Shown here piece by piece: positions 1 to 13,414 of a stretch of DNA of 64,000 nucleotides (its first letter is position 1; every line of letters starts with the position of its first letter). Position numbers and translations under genes: made by a program. Source of the DNA: Octopus vulgaris (lineage: Eukaryota); NCBI GenBank assembly GCA_951406725.2, contig OX597817.1:142786001-142850000 (forward strand), written 5' to 3'. The notes beneath the pieces were generated by a model. The model saw only the letters and a program-made list of their open reading frames with translations. It was not told the DNA's origin and ran no database searches.

Positions 1-280
1 GGTTCGGCAATAGAGACCGATACATTAAGTACCAGGAATAATTATCTGGATTCAAAAATAATTACTGGAATTGATTCATTTGACTAAATATTCAAGGCAG
101 TGCCACAGCATGGCCGCATTCTAATGGCTGAAACAAGAAAAACCATAAAAGATAAAAGATACACTCACATACACACATACATACATACATACATATATAA
201 GTTTGTATGTGTATATGTATGTGTGTGTAAGTCCGTATGTATGTGTGCATGTATTTATGTGTGTATGCATGCATTGTGAA

Positions 281-409
281 GGCGCATGGCTCAGTGGTTA
301 GAGCGACGAGCTTACGATCGTGAGGTTGTGAGTTCGAATCCCGAACCGGGCTGTGTGTTGTGTTGTTGAGCAAGACACTTTATTTCCGGTTGCTCCAGTT
401 TACTTAGTT
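281..409 (+). mobile_element. tRNA-derived SINE, truncated (copies ~8837, ~14094)
   Basis: A box TGGCTCAGTGG, B box GAGTTCGAATC, then TTGAGCAAGACACTT body; no acceptor stem. Confidence 0.75.
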
Positions 410-929
410 GTATGTACGTACCATTGGTTACTTCGCAGGCATGCGTTGTACGCGGCCTAGCACTTGGCACTGTTTCACAGCGATGGCATCCTGTAGGTTA
501 GGCAACACAGCCATTACTTACCAATTCTTACGGTGGTCAAACCAAGAAATACACTGGCCTGGTCACTTCCGTTACTTTCTCCATGTTTCAAGAGAGGCCA
601 CCATAGATGTGGCGACACCCGCACAAAGGTTCTAATATTAACTAACCCCTCCGTTCCAGCCAACTACTCTCTGTTGCTCTATCTTTTGTATTCAAAAAGA
701 CTGCCATTAACAAGAAGTTCTCCAGAAGGTGATAAACTGGCAGAATCGTTAGCACACCATGCAAATTACTTAACAGCATTTCGTCCGATTCGGCATTCTC
801 AGTTCAAATTTCGCGGAGGTCCACGCTGCATTTTATCCTTTCGGCATCCATAAAATGAAAACCAGTTGCGGAATGGCTTGACTGGATATCATAAACAAAT
901 ACATTATTTCTGGACTTGAAGGCGACAAC

Positions 930-1012
930 TCCTCGATGGCCTGGTGGTTAAGGCATGAGACTTAAGTTACAATGGACAAATTTCTGCGTGGACCCAAGCC
1001 CCACTCGTATTA
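930..1012 (+). pseudogene. tRNA-Leu(TAA) pseudogene
   Basis: 83 nt alignable to the intact copies; acceptor stem, anticodon stem and T-loop (GGACCCAAG) disrupted. Confidence 0.85.
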
Positions 1013-1197
1013 ATTTTTTTGATAGTTAATTTTTAGCTACAGGGAATGCTATGTGGTGAAATAGCTTGATTTGTTTTACTTGTTTTAGTCATTTGAAAGA
1101 GGCAGTGAAGTGCAATTGAACTCGACACAACGTGGTTGAAAATCACACTCCCTGACCACATAGCCATTTTTATGTCTAAAAATAAAAGAAAAGAAGA

Positions 1198-1280
1198 TAG
1201 CACGGGTGGGGTTCGAAATCACGCGGACAATTGTCCATTGGAACTTAAGTCCAACGCCTTAACCACTCGGCCATCGTGCT
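1198..1280 (-). pseudogene. tRNA-Leu(TAA), damaged copy
   Basis: Full length, but T-stem/B-box reads GTGATTTCGAAC instead of GTGGGTTCGAAC and the acceptor stem has an A-C mismatch. Confidence 0.75.
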
Positions 1281-1718
1281 GCTTATTTTTGATATGACGG
1301 AAATAATGTATCTGTTTATGGAGATGAAACTAGACATGCAGCCAAGAGGGAAATGGTTTAAACTGCTTTCATTTCTAATGAAGTGGTCAATACTCAACCT
1401 ATAAACAGGTCATTTACGTATCTCACTTTCCAGCCTCGTGGTTGAAGGTTCATTCCCACTGCCTGGCACCTTGGGCTAGTGTTTCTTGCTATAGTCGCGG
1501 GCCGATCAAATCCTTGTGAGTGGATTTGGTAGACGAAAACTGAAAGACGCCCGTCGTGTATGTATTGTGTATATGTATGTATGTGAGTATGTGTGTATGT
1601 ATGGGTGTATGTATAATGCATGTATGTCTTTATGTATGTGTGTATATATGCGTATATGTGGTTGTGTATTTGTATGAATGTGTGTCTGGATGTGTGCATG
1701 TATATGTAGGCTTCTGAA

Positions 1719-2038
1719 GGTGCGTGGCTTAGTGGTTAGGACACTTAACTCAAGATAGTAAGGTCGTGAGTTCAATTCGCGGCGACGTGTTGTGTCTTTG
1801 AGCAAGACACTTTATTTCACGTTACTCCAGTCCACTCGGCTGGCAAAAATGAATTGTATCCGTATTTCAAAGGGCCAGCCTTGTCACACTCTGTGTCATG
1901 CTGAATCTCCCTGAGTACTACGTTAAGTGTACACGTGTCTGTGGAATGCTCAGCCACTTGCACGTTAATTTCACGAGCAACCTATTCCGTTGATTGCATC
2001 AGGTGGGACCCTCTTTGTCGCAACCGACGGAGTGCTCC
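1719..2038 (+). mobile_element. tRNA-derived SINE (related copies ~2153, ~6267, ~10309, ~16268, ~16778, ~21905, ~22368)
   Basis: A/B boxes, shared body and (TATG)n tail. Confidence 0.75.
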
Positions 2039-2682
2039 TTTTATGTGAGTTTATGTATGTATGTATGTATGTATGTATGTATGTATGTATGTATGTATGT
2101 ATGTATGTGTGCATGTATGTATGAGTGTGTGTGTTTATGTATGTATGAGAGAAGGCGTGTGGCTAAATGGTTAGAGTACTGCTCTCATGATCGTAAAATT
2201 GTGAGTTCGATTTCCGGCAGCTCGTTATCTCTTTGTGTAAGACACTATATTTCATTTTACTCCAGTCCACCTAGGTTGCAAAAATGTGTTGTTCCTGTAA
2301 TTCAAACGGACCAACCTCGTCGCACTCTGTGTCATACTGAATTTCTCTGAGAACCGCGGTAAGCGTTGCGTGCCTGTAGACTACTCAGCCACTTGCAAAT
2401 TAAGTTCACGATTAATCTGTTCCGTTCCTCAGATCAAAAGGAACTTTCACCATAGTAACCCAAGGTGCGCTATATATATATATTCCTATGTATATGCCGC
2501 CATATATATAGGGATTAATAAACGCATTGAAGGTTTTCATTAGAACAGATCCTCTCACTATCACTTTCGTAGATCCGGGACAACAGCAGAAGATGCATGC
2601 ACAAGAAGCAGCTAAGTGCAACTGAACTCGACACAACGTGGTTGAAAATCGAGCTCCCTGACCACATAGTCATTATTATGTC

Positions 2683-2704
2683 TAAAAATAAAATAAAAGC
2701 GAAA
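2683..2704 (-). terminator. Pol III terminator T-runs (representative)
   Basis: TTTCGCTTTTATTTTATTTTT directly 3' of the tRNA; similar runs follow the other copies. Confidence 0.7.
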
Positions 2705-2787
2705 TAGCACGAGTGGGGTTCGAACCCACGCGGACATTTGTCCATTGGAACTTAAGTCCAACGCCTTAACCACTCGGCCATCGTGCT
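2705..2787 (-). tRNA. trnL-UAA: tRNA-Leu(TAA), intact
   Basis: AGCACGATGGCCGAGTGGTTAAGGCGTTGGACTTAAGTTCCAATGGACAAATGTCCGCGTGGGTTCGAACCCCACTCGTGCTA: 7-bp acceptor stem, TTGGA/TCCAA anticodon stem around CT-TAA-GT, long variable arm, A73, T-runs downstream. Confidence 0.96.
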
Positions 2788-2806
2788 GCTTGTAACTAAG
2801 AGACCG

Positions 2807-2827
2807 GAAATAATGTATCTGTTTATG
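2807..2827 (-). promoter_or_regulatory. Conserved upstream box CATAAACAGATACATTATTTC at -40..-20 of tRNA-Leu (representative copy)
   Basis: Same motif and spacing upstream of copies on both strands (e.g. 30067-30087 on +), while -19..-3 varies. Confidence 0.55.
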
Positions 2828-4538
2828 AAGATGAAACGAGCCATGCAGCCTAGACGGAAATGGTTTAGAATTCTTTCATATCTGATGAAGTGGTCAATAC
2901 TCAACCAATTTTTAGCCTCATGGTTCCAGGTTCAGTCCCATTGCCTGGCACATTGGATTAGTGTTTCTTGCTATAGGCGCGGGCCAATCGAATCCCTGTG
3001 AGTGGATTTGGTAGACGGAAACTGGAAGAAGCCCGTTAAGTGTGTATTGTGTGTATGTATGTATGTGTGTATGTATGGGTGTGCTTGTGTATGTGTGTAC
3101 GTATGTATGTATGTATGTGTGTGTATGTATGAGTGTATGTGTGTATGAGTATACGTATGTGTGTATATATAGATATATGTATGTATGTCTGTATATGTAT
3201 GCATATGTGTATATGTGTATGTGGTTGTGTATTTGTGTGTATGTATGTGTGTGTGTATACGTGAGTTTATGTATGTAGGAGTAAATGTATGTATGTATGT
3301 GTTTATGTGTGTGTATATATGTGTTTATATGTGTGTGTATGTACGTGTTTGTATGTATGTGTGAATGTATGTTTCTATGTCTGTGCGTACCATTGGTTAC
3401 TTCGTAGACCTGCGTTATACGCGGTCTAGCACTTGGCACTATTTCACAGCGATGGCATCCTGTAGGTTAGGCAGCCCAGCCATTACTTACCCATTCTTAT
3501 TGTGGTCAAACCAAGAAATACACTGGTCTGGTCACTTTTGTTGCTTTATCTATGTTTAAAGAGAGGCCGCCATGGATGAGGCGACACACCCGCACAGAGG
3601 TTCTAATATATAGTAAACCCTGCGATCCAGCCAACTAGCCTCTGTTGCTCTGTCGTTAATGTTTTTAAAAAGACCGCTATTAACAAGAAATTCACCAAAA
3701 GGCGGCGAGCTGGCAGAATCGTTAGCACCCTATATAAATTACTTAACGGCATTTCGTCCGACTCGAGAACTTGAGTTCAAATTTCGCCGAGGTCGACGCT
3801 GCCTTTTATCCTTTCGGTGTCCATAAAATGAGTACCAGTTGAGTTTTGGTGTCGATGTGATCAAATTAGTTCCTCCCCCGAAATTGCTGGCTTTGTCTCA
3901 AAATTTTAAGCCAATAATATATTTTCCGACGGCACTCAACCACCCTCGAGCCACTCGGATCTAGGTTCAGTCCTATTGTGGTAACTTAGGCATGAGTCTT
4001 CTACTATAGCCTTAGGCCAACCAAAGCCTTGGTACACGGAATCTGAAAGAATCCCGTCGTGTATATGTATTATATGTATTTATGTACGTGTGTCTTTGTT
4101 TGTGTTTGTCCCAGCACCATCTTGACAACCGATACTGGCGTATTCTTGTCCCCAAAACTTGGCTGTTCGGCAAAAAAACCCCGATAGAATGAGTATAGGC
4201 TTACAAAGAATAATTCCTCGCGTCGAATTCTTCGACTTAAGGCGGTGCTCCAGCAAAGCCGCAGTCGAATGTATATATCGTCTATCTTTTATCTTTTACT
4301 TGTTTCAGTCATCAGACTGGGGCCATACTGGGGCACCGCCTTGAAGAACTTTTAGTCGAATGAATCGATCGCAGCACTTATTGTTTTATTTCTAAGCCTG
4401 GTACCTAGTCTGTCATCTTCGTTTGCCGAACCGCTTCGTTACGGAGACATAAGTACATCAATACAATTGTCCAGTAGCAGCGGCTCGACAAACATAGACA
4501 CAAAGACACGCGCACGCACACAAACACACGATATATAA

Positions 4539-4608
<70 letters not shown>

Positions 4609-4872
4609 GCACACACACGACGGGCTTCTTTCAGTTTCCGCCTATCAAATCCAGTCACAAGGAAGTGGTCGGCTCGAGACTAATGCGTCATTTATCGAAA
4701 CTGAGCCCCTGAATTCTGTGGCTAGAAACAGAAATATGTAAATGAGTTGTTAATCAGAATATAAAGTCTCTAATTATTAAACACATCATTAGACATGAAA
4801 GATTCTGTGACGATTAGCGCTTGACTGGATTTCATAAACAGATACATTATTTCTGGGAATAAAAAGGTTAGC

Positions 4873-4955
4873 AGCACGATGGCCGAGTCGTTAAGACGTT
4901 GGACCTAACTTCCAATGGACTTATGTCCGCGTGGGTTTGAACCTAACGCGTGCTA
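4873..4955 (+). pseudogene. tRNA-Leu(TAA) pseudogene
   Basis: U33>C, G37>C, T-loop TTTGAAC, mismatches in D, T and acceptor stems. Confidence 0.85.
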
Positions 4956-5582
4956 ATATTTCTTTACATTTTATTTTTAGCCTCAGGGATGGCTATGTGG
5001 TGAAGGAACTTGATTTGCAACCACGTTGTTTCGTGTTCACTCTCACTGCGTGGCATCTCGTGCCGGTATCTTGTATTGTAGTCCCCGACTGGTCCGAATA
5101 TTAGGTGGGGTGAGGCCTTTCTATTGTCTGAATGACAGCCCTTTTGTCTACCTGACTGTCTTACCTATTTGGTCTGTGTGTGTGTATGTATACGTTCTTT
5201 TATTGTTTTACTTGTTTCAGTCATTTGACTGCCGTCGGAGGTTTTTGTCGAGTAAATGATAAGACTAGTATTTATTCCATCGTTTTCTTTCGCCCAACCG
5301 CTCAGTTACCAGGACATAAACACACAATCATCGGTTGTCAGCGACGATAGGGAGGAACAAGCATAGATATACATAAATATATACGTTTAAAAATACGACG
5401 GACTTCTTTCAGTTTCCGTCAGCCAAATCCACTCACAAGGCTTTGGTCTTCCCGAGGCTATAGTAGAAGACACTTGCCCAAGGTACCACTCATTGAGACT
5501 GAACCTGGAAGCATGTAGTTGGGAAGGAAGCGTCTTGCTACACAGCCACATGTTTATGTCTAGAAATAAAATAAAAACGAAC

Positions 5583-5665
5583 TAGCACGAGTGGGGTTCG
5601 AACCCACGCGGACACTTGTCCATTGGAACTTAAGTCCAACGCCTTAACCCCTCGGCCATCGTGCT
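5583..5665 (-). tRNA. trnL-UAA: tRNA-Leu(TAA), intact (D-loop T>G variant)
   Basis: All stems pair; variable loop AAGT. Confidence 0.88.
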
Positions 5666-6671
5666 GCTCGCGTTTAAACCTTCGGAAATAATGTATCTGT
5701 TTATTGAGATGAAACTAGCCATGCAGCCAAGAGGGAAATGGTTAAAAATTCTTTCATTTCTAATGAAGTGGTCAATACTCAACCAGTTAACAACTCATTT
5801 ACGTATTTCAATTTCCAGCCTCATGGTTCCAGGTTCAGTCCCACTGCGTGGAAAATTTGGCTGATGTTTCTTGCTATAAACGTGGGCCAATCGAGTGGAT
5901 TTGGTAGACGAAAACTAAAAGAAGCCCGTCGTGTGTGTGTACTGTGTGTACTGTGTGTATGTAAGTATGAATGTAAGTATGTAAGTATGAACGTACGTAT
6001 GTAAGTAAGTATGTAAATATGTATGTATGTATATATGTATGTATGTGTGTATGTATGTATGTATGTATGTATGTATGTATGTATGTATGTATGTATGTAT
6101 GTATGTATGTATGTGTGTATGTATGAGTGTATGTATGACTGGATATCTGTGTGTATGTATGTTGTGTGTATGTGTATACATGTGTGTGTGTATGTGTATA
6201 TGTTGTTGTGTATTTCTGCGTATGTATGTGCTTGTGGATGTGTGCATGTATATGTGAGTTTGTGAAGGCACGTGGCTTAGTGGTTAGGGCACTTGACTCA
6301 TGATCCTAAGGTCGTGAGTTCAATTCAGGTGATGCGTTGTGTCCTTGAGCAAGACATTTTATTTCACGTTGCTCCAGTTCACTCAGCTGTACGAATGAGT
6401 TGCGACGTCACAGGTGCCAAGCTGTATCGGTCCCTTTGCCTTTCCCTTGGATAACATCAGTGGCGTGGAGAGGGGAGGATGGTATGCATGGGCGACTGCT
6501 GGTCTTCCATAAACAACCTTGTCCGGACATGAGCCTGAGAAGGTAACTTTCAAGGTGTAATTTCATGGTCAGTCATGACCGAAAGGTGTCTCAGCAGCAG
6601 CAATGCAGCATACATGCATGTATGTATGTACTTATTTATACATGCGTGTGTGTTTATGTATGCATGGTTGA

Positions 6672-6857
6672 GGCGCAATGGCCCAGTGGTTAGGGCAGCG
6701 GACTCGCGGTCGTAGGATCGCGGTTTCGATTCCCAGACCGGGCGTTGTGAGTGTTTATTGAGCGAAAACACCTAAAGCTCCACGAGGCTCGGGCAGGGGA
6801 TGGTGGTGATCCCTGCTGTACTCTTTCACCACAACTTTCTCTCACTCTTACTTCCTG
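6672..6857 (+). mobile_element. tRNA-derived SINE, second family (longer copy on - at ~51915-52208)
   Basis: TGGCCCAGTGG ... GGTTTCGATTC head; body GAGCGAAACACCTAA shared with the 52 kb copy. Confidence 0.7.
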
Positions 6858-7566
6858 TTCCGATTTTGAGTTCAATTTTCGGCGGGCCGTTACCTCTTTG
6901 TGTAAGACACATTCTGTGTGAAGCTGAATCTACCTGGAACCACGGTAAGGTGTCTATGGAGTTCTCAGCAACTTTAAAGTTAATTTGTCGGTCAGGCTGT
7001 TTCGTTCCTCGGATCAACTGGTAAATCTGACCGTTGTAACCTATAATGTGCCAGTTTTTGTACGTATGTCTGTACATACCATTTGTTACTTCGTAGGCAT
7101 GAGTAGCACTTGGCACTGTTTCACAGCGATGGCATCCTGTAGGTTAGGCAGCCCAGCCATTACTTACCCATCCTTACGGTGGTCAAACAAGAAATACACT
7201 GGTCTGGTCACTTCTGTTACTTTCTCCACGTTTCAAGAGAGGCCCCCATGGATGTGACGACACACCCTCACAAATGTTCTAATAAGTAACCCCTCCGATC
7301 CTGCCAACTACTCTCTGTTGCTCTGTCTTTTAAGTATTTAAAAAGACCGCCATTAACAAGAAGTTCTCCAAAAGGCGGCGAGCTGGCAGAATCGTTAGCA
7401 CGCCATGCAAATTAATTACATCTGACTCAACATTCTGAGATCAAATTTCGCCGTGGTCGACGCTGCCTTTTATCATTTCGGCATCCATAAAATGAATACT
7501 AGTTGAGGAATAGCTTGACTGGATATCATAAATATATAAATTATTTCGGGAACTAATGACGTCAAC

Positions 7567-7649
7567 ACCTCGATGACCGGATGGTTAAGGCGTTGGACTT
7601 AAGTTCCAATAAACTAGTGTCCGCGTGGGTTCGAACCCCACTCGTGGTA
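7567..7649 (+). pseudogene. tRNA-Leu(TAA), degenerate
   Basis: Anticodon and T arms intact; D stem and variable arm broken; T-T mismatch in acceptor stem ACCTCGA/TCGTGGT. Confidence 0.8.
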
Positions 7650-8002
7650 GTATTTCTTTATATTTAGCCTCAGGGATGGCTATGTGGTGAAGAAGCTTGA
7701 TTTGCAACCAACTTGTTTCGTATTCAGTCCGACTGCGTGGCATCTTGTGCAAGTATCTTCTGTAATAGAGCCAGCCGGTCCAAATATTAATGGGGTGGGG
7801 TTTTTTTATTGTCTGTCTGCCTGTCTGTTTTACCTGTTTAGCCTGTGTGTGTATATATATGTATATGCTCTTTTATTGTTTTACTTGTTTCAGTCAATTG
7901 AAAGAAGCAGCGAAGTGCAATTGAACCCGATGCCACGTGGTTGAAAATCGAGCTCCCTAACCACATAGTCATGATTATATCTTAAGATAAAAAAAAACGA
8001 AA

Positions 8003-8084
8003 TAGCACGAGTGGGGTTCGAACCCACGCGGATCTTGTCCATTGGAACTTAAGTCCAGCGCCTTAACCACTCGGCCATCGTGCT
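8003..8084 (-). tRNA. trnL-UAA: tRNA-Leu(TAA), borderline
   Basis: 82 nt; 1-nt deletion in the variable arm and a C-A mismatch at the top of the anticodon stem; A and B boxes intact. Confidence 0.6.
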
Positions 8085-9485
8085 GCTCGTGTTTAATTCT
8101 CCGGAAATAATGTATCTGTTTATGGAGATGAAATCAGACATGCAGCCAAGATGGAAACGTTTTAAAATTCTATCATATCTAATGAAGTGGTCAATACTCA
8201 ACCAGTTAACAACTCATTTACGTGTCTCACTTTCCAACCTCATGGTTCCGGTTTCATTCCCACTGCGTAGTGCCTTCGGCTACTGTTTAGTACGATAGGT
8301 ACGGGCCAATCAAATCCTTGTGAGTGGATTTCGTGGACAAAAACTAAAAGAAGCACGTCGTATGTGTGCGTGTATGTCTGTGTGTGTCTGTGTGCGCGTG
8401 TGTGTGTGTCTGTGAGCGTATGTGTGTATACGAGCGCACGTGTGTCTGTGTGCATGTGTGTGTTTCCTAGTGTGTGTGGTTATGTCTGTGTTTGGCCCCC
8501 AACACTATCTACCCTTCAGAAACAGTGTTGGTGTGTTTGCGTTCCTATAACCTAGAGTTTCGGCAATAGAGACCGATACATTAAGTACCAGGAATAATTA
8601 TCTGGATTGAAAAATAATTACTGGAGTTGATTCATTTGACTAAATATTCAAGGCGGTGCCACAGCATGGCCGCATTCTAATGGCTGAAACAAGAAAAAAC
8701 GTAAAAGATAAAAGATACACACACATACACACATACATACATATATACATACATAAGTTTGTATGTGTATATGTATGTGTGTGTAAGTCCGTATGTATGT
8801 GTGCATGTATTTATATGTGTATGCATGCATTGTGAAGGCGCATGGCTCAGTGGTTAGAGCGACGAGCTTACGATCGTGAGGCTGTGAGTTCGAATCCCGA
8901 ACCGGGCTGTGTGTTGTGTTGTTGAGCAAGACACTTTATTTCCTGTTGCTCCAGTTCTCTCAGTTGTATGTACGTACCATTGGTTACTTCGTAGGCATGC
9001 GTTGTACGCGGCCTAGCACTTGGCATCGTTTCACAGCGATGGCATCCTGTAGGTTAGGCAACACAGCCATTACTTACCCATTCTTACGGTGGTCAAACCA
9101 AGAACTACACTGGCCTGGTCACTTCTGTTACTTTCTCCATGTTTCAAGAGAGGCCACCATAGATGTGGCGACACCCGCACAAAGGTTCTAATATTAACTA
9201 ACCCCTCCGATCCAGCCAACTACTCTCTGTTGCTCTCTCTTTTGTATTCAAAAAGACTGCCATTAACAAGAAGTTCTCCAGAAGGTGATAAATTGGCAGA
9301 ATCGTTAGCACACCATGCAAATTACTTAACAGCATTTCGTCCGATTCGGCATTCTCAGTTCAAATTTCGCGGAGGTCCACGCTGCCTTTTATCCTTTCGG
9401 CATCCATAAAATGAAAACCAGTTGCGGAATGGCTTGACTGGATATCATAAACAAATACATTATTTGTGGCCTTGAAGGCGACAAC

Positions 9486-9568
9486 TCCTCGATGGCCTGG
9501 TGGTTAAGGCATGAGACTTAAATTACAATGAACAAATTTCTGCGTGGATCCAAGCCCCACCCGTATTA
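9486..9568 (+). pseudogene. tRNA-Leu(TAA) pseudogene
   Basis: Paralog of 930-1012 with the same lesions plus more. Confidence 0.85.
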
Positions 9569-9752
9569 ATTTTTTTATAGTTAATTTTTAGCTACAGGGA
9601 ATGCTATGTGGTGAAGAAGCTTGATTTGTTTCACTTGTTTCAGTCATTTGAAAGAGGCAGCGAAGTGCAATTGAACTCGACACAATGTGGTTGGAAATCA
9701 CGCTCCCTGACCACATAGCCATGTTTATGTCTAAAAATAAAAGAAAAGAAGA

Positions 9753-9835
9753 TAGCACGAGTGGGGTTCGAACCCACGCGGACAATTGTCCATTGGAACT
9801 TAAGTCCAACGCCTTAACCACTCGGCCATCGTGCT
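9753..9835 (-). tRNA. trnL-UAA: tRNA-Leu(TAA), intact
   Basis: Consensus cloverleaf; variable loop AATT. Confidence 0.95.
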
Positions 9836-10682
9836 GCTTATGCTTAATAGGACGGAAATAATGTATCTGTTTATGGAGATGAAACTAGACATGCAGCCAA
9901 GAGGGAAATGGTTTAAACTGCTTTCATTTCTAATGAAGTGGTCAATACTCAACCTATAAACAGGTCATTTACGTATCTCACTTTCCAGCGTCGTGGTTCA
10001 AGGTTCATTCCCACTGCCTGGCACCTTGGGCTAGTGTTTCTTGCTATAGTCGTGGGCCGATCAAATCCTTGTGAGTGGATTTGGTAGACGAAAACTGAAA
10101 GACGCCCGTCGTGTATATGTATGGTGTATATGTATGTATGTAAGTATGTGTGTATGTATGGGTGTATGTATGAGGTATGTATGTCTTTATGTATGTGTGT
10201 ATATATTTTTGTGTGTATATGTATGTATGTGTGTATATATGTGTATATGTGGTTGTGTATTTGTATGAATGTGTGTGTGGATGTGTGCATGTATATGTAG
10301 GTTTTTGAAGGTGCGTGGCTTAGTGGTTAGGGCATTTAACTCAAGATCCTAAGGTCGTGAGTTCAATTCGCGGCGACGTGTTGTGTCTTTGAGCAAGACA
10401 CTTTATTTCACGTTGCTCCAGTCCACTCGGCTGACAAAAATGAATTGTATCCGTATTTCAAAGGGCCAGCCTTGTCACACTGTTTGTCACGATGAATCTC
10501 CCTGAGTACTACGTTAAGTAGAACAGATCCCCTCGCTATGACTTTCGTAGATCCGGGACAACAGCAGAAGATGCGTGCACAAGAAGCAGCTAAGTGCAAC
10601 TGAACCCGACACAACGTGGTTGAAAATCAAGCTCCCTGACCACATAGTTATTATTATGTCTAAAAATAAAATAAAAGCGAAG

Positions 10683-10765
10683 TAGCACGAGTGGGGTTCG
10701 AACCCACGCGGACATTTGTCCATTGGAACTTAAGTCCAACGCCTTAACCACTCGGCCATCGTGCT
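10683..10765 (-). tRNA. trnL-UAA: tRNA-Leu(TAA), intact
   Basis: Same sequence as 2705-2787. Confidence 0.96.
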
Positions 10766-12270
10766 GCTTGCGTCTAAGAGACTGGAAATAATGTATCTGT
10801 TTATGAAGATGAAACGAGCCATGCAGCCTAGACGGAATTGGTTTTAAATTCTTTCATATCTGATGAAGTGGTCAATACTCAACCAATTTTTAGCCTCATG
10901 GTTCCAGGTTCAGTCCCATTGCCTGGCACATTGGATTAGTGTTTCTTGCTATAGGCGCGGGCCAATCGAATCCTTGTGAGTGGATTTGGTAGACGGAAAC
11001 TGGAAGAAGACCGTTAAGTGTGTATTGTGTGTATGTATGTATGTGTGTATGTATGGGTGTGCTTGTGTATGTGTGTATGTATGTATGTATGTGTATGTAT
11101 GAGTGTATATGTGTATGTGTGTACGTATGTGTATATATAGATATATGTGTGTATGTATGTCTGTATATGTATGCATGTGTGTATATGTGTATGTGGTTGT
11201 GTATTTGTGTGTATGTATGTGTGTGTGTATACGTGAGTTTATGTATGTAGGAGTGAATACACTGGTCTGGTCACTTCTGTTGCTTTATCTATGTTTAAAG
11301 AGAGGCCGACATGGATGTGGTGATACACCCGCACAAAGATTCTAATATATAGTAACCCCTGCGATCCAGCCAACTAGCCTCTGTTGCTCTGTTTTTTAAT
11401 GTATTTAAAAAGACCGCTATTGACAAGAAATTCACCAAAAGGCAGCGCGCTGGCAGAATCGTTAGCACCATATATAAATTACTTAACGGCATTTCGTCCG
11501 ACTCGACAACCTGAGTTCAAATTTCGCCGAGGTCGACGCTGCCTTTTATCCTTTCGGTGTCCATAAAATGAGTACCAGTTGAGTTTTGGTGTCGATGTGA
11601 TCAAATTAGTTCCTCCCCCGAAATTGCTGGCTTTGTCTCAAAATGTTAAGCCAATAATATGTTTTCCGACGGCACTCAACCACCCTCGAGCCACTCGGAT
11701 CTAGGTTCAGTCCTATTGTGGTAACTTAGGCAAGAGTCTTCTACTATAGCCTTGGGCCAACCAAAGCCTTGGTAGACGGAGTCTGAAAGAAGCCCGTCGT
11801 GTATATATTTTTATGTTCGTGTGTCTTTGTCTGTGTTTGTCCCCGCACCATCTTGACAACCGATGCTGGTGTATTCTTGTCCCCGAAACTTGGCTGTTCG
11901 GCAAAAAAAACCCCGATAGAATGAGTATAGGCTTACAAAGAATAATTCCTCGCGTCGAATTCTTCGACTTAAGGCGGTGCTCCAGCAAAGCCGCAGTCGA
12001 ATGTATATATCGTCTATCTTTTATCTTTTACTTGTTTCAGTCATCAGACTGGGGCAATACTGGGGCACCGCCTTGAAGAACTTTTAGCCGAATGAATCGA
12101 TCGCAGCACTTATTGTTTTATTTCTAAGCCTGGTATCTAGTCTATCATCTTCGTTTGCTGAACCGCTTCGTTACGGAGACATAAGTACATCAATACAATT
12201 GTCCAGTAGCAGCGGCTCGACAAACATAGACACAAAGACACGCGCACGCACACACACACACGATATATAA

Positions 12271-12354
<84 letters not shown>

Positions 12355-12617
12355 GCACACAAACGACGTGCTACTTTCAGTTTCCGCCTATCAAATCCAG
12401 TCACAAGGAAGTGGTCGGCTTGCGGCTAGTGCATCATTTATCGAAACTGAGCCCGGAATTCTATGGCTAGAAACAGAAATATGTAAATGAGTTGTTAATC
12501 AGAATATAAAGTCTCTAATTATTAAACACATCATTAGACATGAAAGATTCTGTGACGATTAGCACTTGACTGAATTTCATAAACAGATACATTATTTCTG
12601 GGGCAAAAAACGTTAGC

Positions 12618-12700
12618 AGCACGATGGCCGAGTGGTTAAGACGTTGGACTTAACTCCTAATGGACTAGTGTCTGCGTGGGTTTGAACCCAACGCTTGCTA
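12618..12700 (+). pseudogene. tRNA-Leu(TAA) pseudogene
   Basis: T-loop TTTGAAC; anticodon and acceptor stems broken. Confidence 0.85.
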
Positions 12701-13331
12701 ATATTTCTTTAAATTTTATTTTTAGCCTCAGGGATGGCTATGTGGTGAAGGTACTTGATTTGCAACCACGTTGTTTCGTGTTCACTCTCACTGCGTCGCA
12801 TCTTGTGCCGGTATCTTGTATTGTAGTCCCCGACTGGTCCGAATATTAGGTGGGGTGAGGCTTTTCTATTGTCTGAATGACGGCCCGATGTCTGCCTGTC
12901 TGTCTTACCTATTTGGTCTGTGTGAGTGTATGTATGTATACGTTCTTTTATTGTTTTACTTGTTTCAGTCATCTGACAGCCGTCAGAGGTTTTTGTCGAG
13001 TAAATTATAAGCCTAGTATTTATTTCATCGTTTTCTTTCGCCCAACCGCTCAGTTACCGGGACATAAACACACAATCATCGGTTGTCAAGCGACGATTGG
13101 GAGGGACAAGCATAGATATACACAAATATATACGTTTAAAAATACGACGGACTTCTTTCAGTTTCCGTCAGCCAAATCCACTCACAAGGCTTTGGTCTTC
13201 CCGAGGCTATAGTAGAAGACACTTGCCCAAGGTACCACTCATTGAGACTGAACCCTGAATCATGTAGTTGGAAAGCAAGCGTCTTGCTACACAGCCACAT
13301 GATTATGTCTAGAAATAAAATAAAAACGAAA

Positions 13332-13414
13332 TAGCACGAGTGGGGTTCGAACCCACGCGGACACTTGTCCATTGGAACTTAAGTCCAACGCCTTAACCAC
13401 TCGGCCATCGTGCT
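13332..13414 (-). tRNA. trnL-UAA: tRNA-Leu(TAA), intact
   Basis: Consensus cloverleaf; variable loop AAGT. Confidence 0.95.

Larger units (their letters stand above)
1..8556. repeat. Segmental tandem repeat unit A (arbitrary phase)
   Basis: Window start sequence TTCGGCAATAGAGACCGATACA recurs at ~8557 and ~13874 with collinear downstream sequence. Confidence 0.9.

Noticed and set aside
281-350. tRNA-like heads (also 6672, 39064) as real tRNA genes
   Set aside because: A and B boxes present but no acceptor stem, and they continue into repeat bodies
463-472. CTTGGCACTG matching the 5' end of miR-96/miR-263b
   Set aside because: Only 10 nt match and no hairpin partner seen
408-853. Repeated ORFs MYVRTIGYF and MVKPRNTLAW as a small gene family
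   Set aside because: Recurrence follows the segmental duplication; starts, stops and frames differ between copies and they run into SINE sequence
9588-9821. Recurrent ORFs MVKALDLSSNGQLSAWVRTP and MDKCPRGFEPHS
   Set aside because: Simply the tRNA-Leu sequence and its flank read as codons
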